In this document: positions 39,098 to 48,675 of the stretch, piece after piece
Layout: every line of letters starts with the position of its first letter
How positions within the stretch are numbered: position 1 is the stretch's first letter
NCBI GenBank assembly: GCA_030065815.1
Contig: JASJCU010000001.1
Location: forward strand, 1,518-65,517
Origin: Gammaproteobacteria bacterium
GTDB lineage: Bacteria; Pseudomonadota; Gammaproteobacteria; Chromatiales; Chromatiaceae
DNA length: 64,000 nt
Direction of reading: 5' to 3'
Notes under the pieces: generated by a model
Told to the model about the DNA's origin: nothing
The model's input: the letters and a program-made list of their open reading frames with translations, nothing else
Databases searched by the model: none
Position numbers and translations under genes: made by a program

Positions 39098-39237
39098 ATC
39101 ATAGCCGGGTAATACACAGGCTGTCAGCGCGCTCGCGCTGGCATTCGTCGACGCTTTCGCCTAGCCTGTCCGGCTAAGCAGGCACTGTCGCAAACCCGCT
39201 AGACCTGCAAGAAAAAATCCAACAGAGAGGGGAATCT

Positions 39238-40602
39238 ATGATGGTCACGCTGGCTGGGGCACGATGGCGGTCATCCGCGTTGCTGGCGGGTCTGGTCGGT
39301 GTCCAATCGCTGCATGCGGCAGGTTTCGCACTGATCGAACAGAGTGTTCCTGACATGGGTACCGCCTACGCCGGAGCCGCCGCGACCGCCGACTCGGTCG
39401 ACACGCTGTACTTCAACCCTGCCGGGATGACGCGCCTGCCGGGTACACGCAGCGGTGCCGCCGTCCACCTGGTGCTGCCACAGACCGAGTTCAACAACGA
39501 GGGCACGACGTTCTCACCTGTAGTCGGCGGCGCACCGATCGCCGGCAATGACGGCGGCGACGCCGGCGGACTAGCCGCTGTCCCCCACGGCTACCTGACC
39601 CACCAGCTCAACGACCAGGTGTGGCTGGGGCTGGCGATAAACGCCCCGTTCGGTCTGACCACTGAGTACACGAGCGGCTGGGTCGGCCGCTACCACGCCA
39701 TCCGCTCGGCGGTGAAGACCATCAATATCAACCCGTCGGTGGCTTTCAAGGTCAACGACAACGTCAGTCTTGCCGCCGGTGTCAGCGCGATGTACCTCGA
39801 CGGTGAGTTCACCAACGCGGTCGACTTCGGCACGCTCAACGTGATCCCGGTGATTGCCGGCGGTCTGGGCGGGGCGCTCGGCGCGGTCGGTCCAGGCGGG
39901 GCGGACGGCCTTTCCAAGATCGAAGGTGACAGCTGGGGCTGGGGCGTCAACCTCGGCGCCTTGTTCGAGCTCTCCAAGAACACCCGTATCGGTATTCACT
40001 ACCGCTCCGAGGTCGAGCAGAACATCGAGGGCGACGTGAAATTCACGCTGCCGACACCGGCGCTGGCGGGCACCTTCTCGGACGCCAAGGTCAAGGCAAC
40101 CGTCGACCTGCCGGCAACGGCGTCGCTCAGCGGCTTCCACCAGATCAACGACGAGTGGGCGGTCATGGCCGACTACACGTGGACCGGCTGGAGCAGCATC
40201 CCGGAGTTGCGTTTCGATTTCGCCAACGGCCTGCCGGACGGGGTAACGACATTCGACTGGAAAGACACCAGCCGCGTCTCGGTCGGCACGGCGTTTTCGC
40301 CGAGCGGGTCGGACTGGACCTATCGCTTCGGCGTCGCCTATGACGAATCGCCGATCAAGGACGCGGCCAGCCGCAGTGCACGACTGCCGGATGCCGACCG
40401 TATCTGGGTCGCGGCGGGTGCAAGCTTCAGTCCCAGCGAGGACCTGACCATCGACGTTGGCTACGCCCACCTGTTCATCAACGAACCGAAGATCAACAAG
40501 ACCGGTACCGATGCCGAGGATGTCACGCGCGGCGCCTTGCGTGGCAGCTACGATTCGTCGGTCGACATCCTGTCGGTCGAGGCACGCTACCGCTTCTTCT
40601 GA
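39238..40602 (+). CDS. FadL/TodX/OMPP1-family outer-membrane channel for hydrophobic compounds
   Basis: Signal peptide, then AAGFALIEQSVPDMGTAYAGAAA (the hatch-domain signature) and a terminal aromatic ...EARYRFF. Confidence 0.85.
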   Translation: MMVTLAGARWRSSALLAGLVGVQSLHAAGFALIEQSVPDMGTAYAGAAATADSVDTLYFNPAGMTRLPGTRSGAAVHLVLPQTEFNNEGTTFSPVVGGAPIAGNDGGDAGGLAAVPHGYLTHQLNDQVWLGLAINAPFGLTTEYTSGWVGRYHAIRSAVKTININPSVAFKVNDNVSLAAGVSAMYLDGEFTNAVDFGTLNVIPVIAGGLGGALGAVGPGGADGLSKIEGDSWGWGVNLGALFELSKNTRIGIHYRSEVEQNIEGDVKFTLPTPALAGTFSDAKVKATVDLPATASLSGFHQINDEWAVMADYTWTGWSSIPELRFDFANGLPDGVTTFDWKDTSRVSVGTAFSPSGSDWTYRFGVAYDESPIKDAASRSARLPDADRIWVAAGASFSPSEDLTIDVGYAHLFINEPKINKTGTDAEDVTRGALRGSYDSSVDILSVEARYRFF

Positions 40603-40630
40603 TAACCGACGCGGACGACACCGCGACACA

Positions 40631-40657
40631 AAAAAGCCGCCATCGAGGCGGCTTTTT
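40631..40657. terminator. bidirectional rho-independent terminator
   Basis: aaaaaGCCGCCatcgaGGCGGCttttt lies between the convergent FadL-family and dsrE2-like genes. Confidence 0.75.
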
Positions 40658-40673
40658 CGTACCCGCGAAGCGT

Positions 40674-41153
40674 TCAGATATACAGGCAGATATCCGACTC
40701 GCCGGCGAACTCGAAGAATCGCGCAGCGCCGGCGAACTCGATGCCGTCGATGAACGCGGAGGTGTCCATATCGAACAGGTCGACGGTCATCTGGCACGCG
40801 ATCAGGCGTACCTCGGCCTCCTGGCACAGCTCGCGCAGTTCCTCGAGACTCGCGACACCCTTGCTGGCCATCTTCTTCTTCATCATGGAGGTCATCATGC
40901 CCTCCATGCCCGGCAGCGCGGTCAGCAGCGTCGGGAACCACTTTTCCATACCCATCGGCATCGGCATTCCAGGGTTACCGAGCGGTGTCACCTTCAGATC
41001 GAGGTCTTTCTTCAGCAGCTGCAGACCGTAGAACGTGAAGAAGATCTCCGTCTCGTAGCCCAGCGCCGCTGCGGTCGAGGCGAGAATGAACGGCGGGTAG
41101 GCCCAGTCGAGCGAACCCTTGGTGGCGATGATGGCAAGTTTCTTCTCTTCCAT
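40674..41153 (-). CDS. DsrE/DsrF-superfamily protein (DsrE2-like sulfur relay component)
   Basis: 159 aa. KLAIIATKGSLDWAYPPFILASTAAALG...FFTFYGL...RLIACQMTVDLF. Its position directly downstream of tusA and rhd matches the rhd-tusA-dsrE2 arrangement. Confidence 0.7.
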   Translation of the reverse strand: MEEKKLAIIATKGSLDWAYPPFILASTAAALGYETEIFFTFYGLQLLKKDLDLKVTPLGNPGMPMPMGMEKWFPTLLTALPGMEGMMTSMMKKKMASKGVASLEELRELCQEAEVRLIACQMTVDLFDMDTSAFIDGIEFAGAARFFEFAGESDICLYI

Positions 41154-41201
41154 CTCTGCTCCCTCCTATGCGTAGGGACGTAGTCTGCCCTGTTGGTCGG
41201 A

Positions 41202-41432
41202 TCAGGCCTTCTTGATGAGGAACTGGAATTTTCCGCCTTCTTCCTTCGACTCCATCAGCTCGTTGCCGGTCTGGCGGGCGAAGGCCTCGAAGTCTTTGAC
41301 CGAACCTGGATCGGTGGCAATGATGTGCAGGACCTTACCCGACTCCATGCCGGCCAGGGCCTTCTTGGCACGCAGGATCGGCAGCGGGCAATTCAGGCCG
41401 GATGCGTCCAGTTCTTCGTCGAAATCAGCCAT
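41202..41432 (-). CDS. tusA: sulfur carrier protein TusA
   Basis: LDASGLNCPLPILRAKKAL (the CPxP active-site Cys motif). I chose ATG 41432, 6 nt after GGAGG, rather than the TTG at 41438. Confidence 0.85.
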   Translation of the reverse strand: MADFDEELDASGLNCPLPILRAKKALAGMESGKVLHIIATDPGSVKDFEAFARQTGNELMESKEEGGKFQFLIKKA

Positions 41433-41517
41433 TTGCAACCTCCGGGATGCACTGTTGTCGTTGTCGTTGGGAAAAGCGGTTAATCCTTATATTCGAAGTG
41501 TCTAAGAAACGCAAGGA

Positions 41518-41862
41518 TCACATCATGCCGGCGCGTTGCTGCTGCGGCGCAACAATCTCGAGGCCCTGGCGGGCCCACGCGATGATGCCGCCGCGCAGGT
41601 TGACGACGTTGTCGATGCCCTGTTGACCGAGGAAATTGCACGCATGGTACGAGCGTGCGCCGCTGCGGCAATACAGCACCACGTCCTTGTCCTTCGGCAG
41701 GTCGTGCATGCGCAGCGGGATCAGGTGCATCGCGATGTGTTCGGAGTCGGGCAGCACGCCCTGGGCGATCTCGGCATCGCTGCGGATATCGATCAACGCG
41801 ATATCGTCGCCGGCATCGATGCGCGCCTTGAGCTCCTGCGCGTCCACTTCTTTGACAAACAT
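41518..41862 (-). CDS. single-domain rhodanese sulfurtransferase
   Basis: Active-site loop YCRSGARS. ATG 41862 is preceded by GAGGAGG. Confidence 0.8.
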   Translation of the reverse strand: MFVKEVDAQELKARIDAGDDIALIDIRSDAEIAQGVLPDSEHIAMHLIPLRMHDLPKDKDVVLYCRSGARSYHACNFLGQQGIDNVVNLRGGIIAWARQGLEIVAPQQQRAGMM

Positions 41863-41979
41863 CGTGCCTCCTCGGAGCAAATCTCTGGGAAAATCCGATC
41901 GAAATACTATATTATTATTTCCTCATATAGTCAACGCGACCAGACCTGCGCGACAGCAGGCGCGACGGGGCCAGCCACG

Positions 41980-43425
41980 ATGCAACACCTCCCGATCTTC
42001 CTGTCGGTGCAAGACCGCGACTGCGTCGTCATCGGCGGCGGCGAGATCGCGACCCGCAAGGTCGCGCAACTGCTGCGCGCCGGCGCGCGCGTGCGAGTCG
42101 TGGCGCCGCAACTGTGCGCCAACCTGGCCAAGTTCCGCGACGAGCGGCGCATCGAACACGTCGCGCGCGACTACCGCGACGGCGACCTGGACGACGCCTA
42201 CCTGGCGTTCGCCGCTACCGACGACGAACAGGTCAACCACGAGGTCGCCGACGCCGGCCGCCGGCGGCGCGTGCCGGTCAATGTCGTCGACCATCCTGAA
42301 GACGGCAGCTTCATCATGCCGTCGGTGATCGACCGCTCGCCGGTAGTCGCCGCGGTCTCGACCGGGGGTGCATCGCCGGTACTCGCGCGCCTGATCCGTT
42401 CGCGTCTTGAGTCCGTTATCCCGGCCGGCTACGGTCGCCTCGCCGAGCTGTGCGGCCGCTTCCGCGACCGCGTCAAGCAGACGCTCGCCAGGCCCGACGA
42501 CCGGCGCCGCTTCTGGGACCACGTATTACAGGGCGGTGTCGCCGAACGCGTGTTCTCGGGCCACATGGCCGAGGCCGAGGCGCTGCTCGAACGCGAGCTC
42601 GCCGCCGGCAGCGGCATCCAGGCAGGCATGGGCGAGGTCTACCTGGTCGGCGGCGGCCCCGGCGACCCCGACCTGCTGACCTTCCGCGCCCTGCGCCTGA
42701 TGCAGCAGGCCGACGTGGTCGTCTACGATCGCCTGGTCGCCAAGGCGGTGCTCGACATGACCCGCTCCGACGCCGAACGCATCTACGTCGGCAAGGAACG
42801 CGACAATCACGCGATGCGTCAGGAAGAGATCAATCAGCTGCTCGCGGACCTCGCCAAGGCCGGCAAGCGCGTCGTGCGCTTGAAGGGTGGCGACCCGTTC
42901 ATCTTCGGTCGCGGCGGCGAAGAGATCGACACGCTGGCCAGCCAGGGCGTGCCGTTCCAGGTCGTGCCCGGTGTGACCGCGGCCGCGGGCTGCGCGAGCT
43001 ATGCCGGCATCCCGCTGACCCATCGCGACTACGCCCAGTCGGTCACGCTGGTCACCGGCCACCTCAAAGACAACACGATGAACCTGAACTGGCCGCAGCT
43101 CGCTCAACCGAACCAGACCGTCGTGTTCTACATGGGGCTGAAAGGCCTGCCGGTGATCAGCCGCGAGTTGCAGGCGCACGGCATGCCCGCCGACCGGCCG
43201 GCGGCGCTCGTGCAGCAGGGTACGACCCACCAGCAGAAGGTCTTCACCGGCACGATCGCGACCTTGCCGGAGATCGTCGCGCGCGAACGGCCGAAACCGC
43301 CGACGCTGATCATCGTCGGCGAGGTCGTGCAGCTGCAGGGCAAGCTGTCGTGGTTCGACGCACCGGCGGCGTCGACCCAGGGTGCGACGTCTCCGATCAC
43401 GCCCGGCACCGAGCTGACGCACTGA
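41980..43425 (+). CDS. cysG: siroheme synthase (multifunctional CysG)
   Basis: The N-terminal dehydrogenase/chelatase domain has [12 protein letters not shown]. The C-terminal SAM methyltransferase has [15 protein letters not shown]...[21 protein letters not shown]. Confidence 0.9.
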   Translation: MQHLPIFLSVQDRDCVVIGGGEIATRKVAQLLRAGARVRVVAPQLCANLAKFRDERRIEHVARDYRDGDLDDAYLAFAATDDEQVNHEVADAGRRRRVPVNVVDHPEDGSFIMPSVIDRSPVVAAVSTGGASPVLARLIRSRLESVIPAGYGRLAELCGRFRDRVKQTLARPDDRRRFWDHVLQGGVAERVFSGHMAEAEALLERELAAGSGIQAGMGEVYLVGGGPGDPDLLTFRALRLMQQADVVVYDRLVAKAVLDMTRSDAERIYVGKERDNHAMRQEEINQLLADLAKAGKRVVRLKGGDPFIFGRGGEEIDTLASQGVPFQVVPGVTAAAGCASYAGIPLTHRDYAQSVTLVTGHLKDNTMNLNWPQLAQPNQTVVFYMGLKGLPVISRELQAHGMPADRPAALVQQGTTHQQKVFTGTIATLPEIVARERPKPPTLIIVGEVVQLQGKLSWFDAPAASTQGATSPITPGTELTH

Positions 43426-43640
43426 ACCGCCTACCGCGTGCGCGACCGCGACGCGGTGCCGAAAGCCTTTACACTGACCCCGCCCGGGGACCCGGACCGC
43501 GCCGCGCTCTTCGGACTAAGCGACTGAATCGAATAGACATTGTCCGACATGGCGCGCGATATGCTTGGGTTCGGGTGAGCGCCGCACAATCGGGGGTGCC
43601 GGCGTCGCCGCCGCCCCCCGGCGCGGCTTGGAGGTACGCC

Positions 43641-43760
43641 ATGCAGGCACGTCATATCTGTGTACCGGCGAACAGCCCGGCCTGGCACTACTATCGCGCG
43701 CAAGGTTGGATCCCGCTGCGCGAATCCGGCACCTGGGTCTTCATGGCCCTGCCGCAGTAA
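43641..43760 (+). CDS. possible 39-aa small protein
   Basis: ATG 7 nt after a GGAGG SD, inside an otherwise gene-poor 750-bp gap. MQARHICVPANSPAWHYYRAQGWIPLRESGTWVFMALPQ matches no family I recognise. Confidence 0.35.
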   Translation: MQARHICVPANSPAWHYYRAQGWIPLRESGTWVFMALPQ

Positions 43761-44175
43761 GCGCGCGACCACGGGCAACCGCGGCGACGCACCCTCCCGC
43801 GCGGCGACCGCGGCCGTCGGCCGCTGTCCCGTCCAACCGGACCGCGGCCGCCCGACGCCCGAACACGCGATGCGCGCGCAGGCCCCGCTGTTCGACGGCG
43901 CGTGCTCCGTCATGCCACACACCGGGTCTCGGCGTCGCAGGCGTCATCACGCCGTTCCGGGCGGCGCTCGCTGCGCCGGGTCGACGACGACGGCGACCCT
44001 GCCGGCGACCGTGTAGCTCGTGACACCGCTACCGTACCGCTTGCATGACGTCGCAAACCCGCGGTCGCGATAGCTGCGGCGCACCCAGGTTCACTGCCCA
44101 CCACGCCGTCGGCCGGGCACGGCCACCGCCAGTCCCCGGCGTGCGCGCGCGGCGCGGATTGTGCAAACTGCCGGC

Positions 44176-44679
44176 ATGCCAGAGCCGTCAACACCCGCAG
44201 CGGGCGCGCACCCGGCGCCGGCCGTCGACGTCGTCATCGAGATCCCCCGCGGCAGCTTCGTCAAGCGCGGCTCGACCGGCCGTGTCGACTTCGTCTCGCC
44301 GCTGCCCTGCCCGTACAACTACGGCTCCGTCGAGTCGCTGATCGGTCTCGAAGGCGACCTGCTGGATGCCGTCGTGCTCGGCCCCCGCCTGCCGCGCGGC
44401 GAGCGCATCCGGGTCACCGCATGGGGCGCGGTCGGACTGACCGACCGCGGCATGTACGACGACAAGCTGATCTGCAGCCAGGGCCCGCCCAGCAGGGCCC
44501 AGGAACGCCGCGTACTGCTGTTCTTCCGCCTCTACGCGCGCGCCAAGCAGCTGCTCAACCTGCTGCGCGGACAGACCGGGCGACATGCCAGCGAGGGCTG
44601 GGGCGATGCGGCCACCGCGATCGCCCGCGCCAGGCCACGCGGTGATACCGACTGGTCGGGGCCGACGATCCCCTTCTGA
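44176..44679 (+). CDS. divergent family-I inorganic pyrophosphatase-like protein
   Basis: VVIEIPRGS..K, PYNYG, EGDLLDAVVL (versus the DGDPxDxxV pattern) and TDRGMYDDKL resemble the PPase acidic cluster. The C-terminal half is atypical. Confidence 0.55.
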   Translation: MPEPSTPAAGAHPAPAVDVVIEIPRGSFVKRGSTGRVDFVSPLPCPYNYGSVESLIGLEGDLLDAVVLGPRLPRGERIRVTAWGAVGLTDRGMYDDKLICSQGPPSRAQERRVLLFFRLYARAKQLLNLLRGQTGRHASEGWGDAATAIARARPRGDTDWSGPTIPF

Positions 44680-44689
44680 GCCGGTCGGA

Positions 44690-45157
44690 TCAGGCCTTCG
44701 GCGCGAGCTGATCGTCGCGCAAGCGCGGCGTGAAGTAGTCGTCGGCGTCGTCGAGATCGACGTCGGCGCCGTCCTTGTCGACCAGCGGCTGATCATAGTC
44801 TTTCCAGCCGCGCAGACCGGTCTTCAGCGAGACCACGTTCCCGTAACCGAGCAACATCATCGAATGTGCCGCCAGCACGCTGCGGTAACCGGAACGACAC
44901 ACAACCACGACCTCGCGATCGCGTGCGCGCACCAGTTCGGGCTCGGTTTCCTCGTAGTCCCATTCGCAGGCCGATTCGAGGATACCGCGTGGGACACTCA
45001 ACGAACCGGCAATGTGCATCGCGTCGAACTCGTAGGGCTCGCGGACGTCGACGACCAGCAGATCGGGGTTGGCGCGCATCCGCTCCTCGAGGTCCCAGGG
45101 CATGATCTCGCCGACGTCGCGCAGGCAATCGCTGACCAGTTGCAGAAAGTGTTTCAT
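44690..45157 (-). CDS. rhodanese-domain protein
   Basis: VVDVREPYEF...HIAGSLSVP...VVCRSGYRS active-site loop. 155 aa. Confidence 0.8.
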   Translation of the reverse strand: MKHFLQLVSDCLRDVGEIMPWDLEERMRANPDLLVVDVREPYEFDAMHIAGSLSVPRGILESACEWDYEETEPELVRARDREVVVVCRSGYRSVLAAHSMMLLGYGNVVSLKTGLRGWKDYDQPLVDKDGADVDLDDADDYFTPRLRDDQLAPKA

Positions 45158-45199
45158 CGCAGGCTCCGATACGGCATGGATGCGCGAAGGCGGCGGCGA

Positions 45200-45862
45200 T
45201 CAGCGCTCGGCCTGGCCGCCGCGCCCGCAGATGTTTTCCTCGACAGCGATCACCGCCGCCTCGACGCGCGAGTGTACATCCAGCTTGCGCAGGATCGCCT
45301 TGACGTGCAGCTTGACGGTGCCGTCGGAGATGCCCAGGTTGCGCGCGATGACCTTGTTGCTCTGTCCCTCGACGAGGTGACACAGGATCTCGAGCTCGCG
45401 CGGCGTCAGCTCTGCCAGCGCGCGCTGCGTCGACCCGTTCGTCGTGACCTCGCCCTGGACCGCCTTGGCCAGCACGATTGTCAGGTCCGGCGCGACGACG
45501 GTCTGACCGCCGACGATATCGTTGAGCGCCTTGATCAACTCATCGGGTTCCATGTCCTTGAGCAGGTAGCCGCGCGCGCCGTTCTGCAGCGCATTGACGA
45601 CGTCGCTCTCCTCGCGGCTGGTCGTCAACATCACGACCGGCATCGCGACCTCGCGCCGACGCAGTTCCTGAAGGACCTCGAGGCCGTTCATGGCCGGCAT
45701 CCGCATGTCCAGCAGCACGACATCCGGACGCTTCTCGATCACCCACTCGATTCCCTGTTCGCAGTCACCGACGGCGCCGATGACCTCGATGCCGCGGCGC
45801 TCGAGGAGCTCGCTGAGCCCCATACGGAACAGGGCATGATCGTCGATCATCAATACCCGCAT
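45200..45862 (-). CDS. NarL/FixJ-family response regulator
   Basis: Receiver VLMIDDH...VLLDMRMPAMNG...LLKD and a LuxR-type HTH LTPRELEILCHLVEGQSNKVIARNLGISDGTVKLHV. Its start overlaps the kinase stop (TAATG). Confidence 0.9.
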   Translation of the reverse strand: MRVLMIDDHALFRMGLSELLERRGIEVIGAVGDCEQGIEWVIEKRPDVVLLDMRMPAMNGLEVLQELRRREVAMPVVMLTTSREESDVVNALQNGARGYLLKDMEPDELIKALNDIVGGQTVVAPDLTIVLAKAVQGEVTTNGSTQRALAELTPRELEILCHLVEGQSNKVIARNLGISDGTVKLHVKAILRKLDVHSRVEAAVIAVEENICGRGGQAER

Positions 45863-47469
45863 TACATGATCCAGCGGCGTTCCAGCTCGCGCTTGTCCGG
45901 CGCTGGCCGATAGGTCAGTTCCACACGGGTCCCCTCGCCAACTTCGCTCTCGATGCGCAGGTTACCACCGAGGCGACGCGCCCGCTCTTCCATGATCGAC
46001 AGGCCGATGTGCTCACCGGGCCTGCCGCGCTTGTCGGCATCCTCGAAGCCGACACCATCGTCCTCGACCAGCAGGCAATAGGTACCACTACTGCTGCAGC
46101 TGAGCATCACGCGCACCGTGTGTGCCTGCGCATGCTTGCGGATATTGGCCAGACATTCCTGGGCCACACGCAGCATCTGCATCTCTTCGCTGGACGTCAG
46201 GCTGACGTCGCGGCACGCGTTCTGGAACAGCACATGGGTCCCGGTCTCGCGGCCGAAGCGCTCGACCAGCTTTTCCAGGGCCGCCACCAGGCCACGCTCG
46301 TCGAACGGCGCGCGGAAGCTGTTGAGCAGCTCGCGCAGCTCAGTGTGCGCCTCGTCGAGGCCGGCGCGGATTCGCTGCGCGTCCTTGGTCGCCGCCTCGC
46401 CGCCGTCCTCCTGCTTCAGCAGGTCCTCGAGCAGGCGCACCTGGAAGCGCAGGCTGGCCAGCGTCTGCGCCAGCGAATCATGCAGTTCGTGGGCCAGCGT
46501 CGTGCGCTCCTCCATGATCGACAGGCGGCGCGCCTCGTGATCGGAGCGCTGCTTGGCAATGGCCATGCCGAGGTGGTTGCCGATGGTCTGCAGCAGTTCG
46601 AGGATGTCCTCGCGTCCGGAGATTCCGGGCTTGTGGACGTAGATCGCGTACATGCCGAGCAGCTCGTCGTGGTAGTCGAGCGGCACCGATACCGTCTCCA
46701 GCTCGCTGGCGTTGAACATCACGCGCTTGAGCTGCTTGACGCAGTGCATCGCCGGGTTGTCGCAGGCGACGTCGCCCGGCGACAGCGCCTTGCCGCAGAC
46801 GCACAGCGCCAGCGGCAGCATTTCATGCTCGCGCAGCACCTCGTTGTCGACGCCGATCGAGCCGACGACACGCAGCGTACCGTCCGGCTGTTCCAGGCGT
46901 ACCGACGCCGCGACACCGTTGACCATCTCCTTGAGCACGCGCAGGAAGCGCAGCAGCAGCTGCTCGAGGTCCTGGGCGTGGTTGATGCTCGCCGCGACGT
47001 CGTAGAGGATCTTCAGCGACGCGGTCTTCTGCGCGAGCCGCGTCGTGTGGCGCGACACGCGGCTGTCCATGTCCTCGTACAGCTCACTGAGCTCTTCGTT
47101 GAGGCTGTCGAGGTCGTTGATCATCGGATCGAGTACGCCGGTATCGTGCAGCGACAAGGTCGCCCCCGGCTCACCGGAACAGACCTTGGAAACCGAGTCC
47201 TCGAGGCGCGCCAGCGGTTCGATCAACTGCGAACGCAGTCGGCCCAACGCGAGCAGGAATGCCAGCAACGCACCGCTACCGGCCAACACCAGCACTCTGG
47301 CCAGGGTCTGCGGGTCACCGTGGCCGGCGGTCAGCGCGATCACGATCAGCAGGATCAGCAGCAGCGCACCGGCCAGCACGGCCAGCGGCACGACGAGCCG
47401 GGCGCCGGTCAGGATGCGCTTCGCGCGCTGCCCGACCGACTGCCAGTCCTCGCGCTGCGACTCGTTCAT
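45862..47469 (-). CDS. NarX/NarQ-like histidine kinase (HAMP, Cys-containing GAF-like module, HisKA_3, HATPase) without a periplasmic sensor domain
   Basis: Two TM helices are separated by only ~9 residues (GHGDPQTLA). H-box HELHDSLAQTL. The central module has LALCVCGKALSPGDVACDNPAMHC. The C-terminal ATPase has DDGVGF. Confidence 0.85.
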   Translation of the reverse strand: MNESQREDWQSVGQRAKRILTGARLVVPLAVLAGALLLILLIVIALTAGHGDPQTLARVLVLAGSGALLAFLLALGRLRSQLIEPLARLEDSVSKVCSGEPGATLSLHDTGVLDPMINDLDSLNEELSELYEDMDSRVSRHTTRLAQKTASLKILYDVAASINHAQDLEQLLLRFLRVLKEMVNGVAASVRLEQPDGTLRVVGSIGVDNEVLREHEMLPLALCVCGKALSPGDVACDNPAMHCVKQLKRVMFNASELETVSVPLDYHDELLGMYAIYVHKPGISGREDILELLQTIGNHLGMAIAKQRSDHEARRLSIMEERTTLAHELHDSLAQTLASLRFQVRLLEDLLKQEDGGEAATKDAQRIRAGLDEAHTELRELLNSFRAPFDERGLVAALEKLVERFGRETGTHVLFQNACRDVSLTSSEEMQMLRVAQECLANIRKHAQAHTVRVMLSCSSSGTYCLLVEDDGVGFEDADKRGRPGEHIGLSIMEERARRLGGNLRIESEVGEGTRVELTYRPAPDKRELERRWIM

Positions 47470-47497
47470 GTCACCGATTCCCCGCGTCAGAATCCCA

Positions 47498-48670
47498 CTA
47501 GGTTAACAAAGCCGCATCCTCGAGCGCGGACGCGATCGCGGCGCGGCGCAGCTCGGCGAGACGCGCGCCGAGAATCGCGCCGGACAGGCCGGAGTCGCGC
47601 AGCGCTGCCGCCGACACGGCGCGTGCCGCAGCGGCTGCGACCGGCACGATGCGCTGCAGGCGTGGCGTTTCGTACTGGGCGTCGAGCACGGCGATCGAGC
47701 CGTCGAGGTCGGTCGCCCCGTCCCAGGCACGCCAGCGTGCCAGCAGTTCGTGCAGTGCCGCGGGATCGGGCCGGCGCGCGTGCTCGGCGATATCGCGCGC
47801 GGCCCACGCGCGACGCACCAGCTGGGTCGTGTCACGGTCGGCGCGCAGGGCGGTGAGTTCGCGCTCGACATCGTCATCGGCGCCGAGACAGGCGACCAGC
47901 ACGGCGGCCAGCCGCACCGGTGCCGTGTCGCTGCTGTCGCAGGCGTGCCGCAGCGCGAGCAGCGCCGGCGAATCGGCGCTCGCGGCGTGCGCCGGCGCGA
48001 CCCCCATCGTCCGCGCTACCAGGGGCAACAGCGCGTCGAGCGCGCCGCAGCGCTGCAGCACCTCGAAGAAGCGCCACGGTTGATCCGTGGCCATGGCCTT
48101 GAGCATCTCGCGCCAGACGCGCTCGGCCGCGAGGTGCGCCAGGTCGCCGCGCGCCGCCATCTCGCACATCAGGCGGTGGGTGTCGTGGGCGACGCGGAAT
48201 CCGAAGCGCCCGAGCTTGGCGGCGAACCGCGCGACCCGCAGCACCCGCAGCGGGTCCTCGTCGAACGCCGTTGTCACGTGCCGCAGCAGGCCCGCGGCCA
48301 GGTCGTCACGCCCGCCATAGGGATCGATCAGCGTGCCGTCATCGGCCTGCGCGATCGCGTTGATCGTCAGGTCGCGGCGGCTCAGGTCCTCGTCGAGCGA
48401 GACGTCGGGCGCGGCGTCGACGACGAACCCACGATAGCCCTCGCCGTGCTTGGTCTCGCGCCGCGCCAGCGCGTACTCCTCGCCGCTGTGCGGGTCGCGG
48501 AACACCGGGAACTCGGCATCGACCGGGACGAAACCGGCATCGGTCATCTGCTGCGGCGTCGCGCCGACCACGACCCAGTCGCGTTCGACGACCGGCAGGT
48601 CGAGCAAGCGATCACGCACGGCGCCGCCGACCAGGTAGGTCTGCCAGCTGCCTGCGCTCGCGGACCGCAC
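47498..48670 (-). CDS. cca: multifunctional CCA-adding tRNA nucleotidyltransferase
   Basis: [13 protein letters not shown]...ERDWVVVG...RRETK and a C-terminal HD-like region. GTG 48670 was chosen, 6 nt after the upstream ABC gene stop. Confidence 0.85.
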   Translation of the reverse strand: MRSASAGSWQTYLVGGAVRDRLLDLPVVERDWVVVGATPQQMTDAGFVPVDAEFPVFRDPHSGEEYALARRETKHGEGYRGFVVDAAPDVSLDEDLSRRDLTINAIAQADDGTLIDPYGGRDDLAAGLLRHVTTAFDEDPLRVLRVARFAAKLGRFGFRVAHDTHRLMCEMAARGDLAHLAAERVWREMLKAMATDQPWRFFEVLQRCGALDALLPLVARTMGVAPAHAASADSPALLALRHACDSSDTAPVRLAAVLVACLGADDDVERELTALRADRDTTQLVRRAWAARDIAEHARRPDPAALHELLARWRAWDGATDLDGSIAVLDAQYETPRLQRIVPVAAAAARAVSAAALRDSGLSGAILGARLAELRRAAIASALEDAALLT

Positions 48671-48675
48671 GTGAC

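Noticed and set aside
43538-43548. An 11-mer, cattgtccgac, shared between 43538..43548 and 51098..51108.
   Set aside because: Many chance 11-mer repeats are expected in a window of this size, and the flanks are not similar.
43431-44194. - strand ORFs 43431..43922 and 43910..44194 as genes filling the cysG/PPase gap.
   Set aside because: Their translations are Arg/Ala/Gly-rich with no motifs, SD or family resemblance. The region is treated as non-coding apart from the small SD-preceded ORF.
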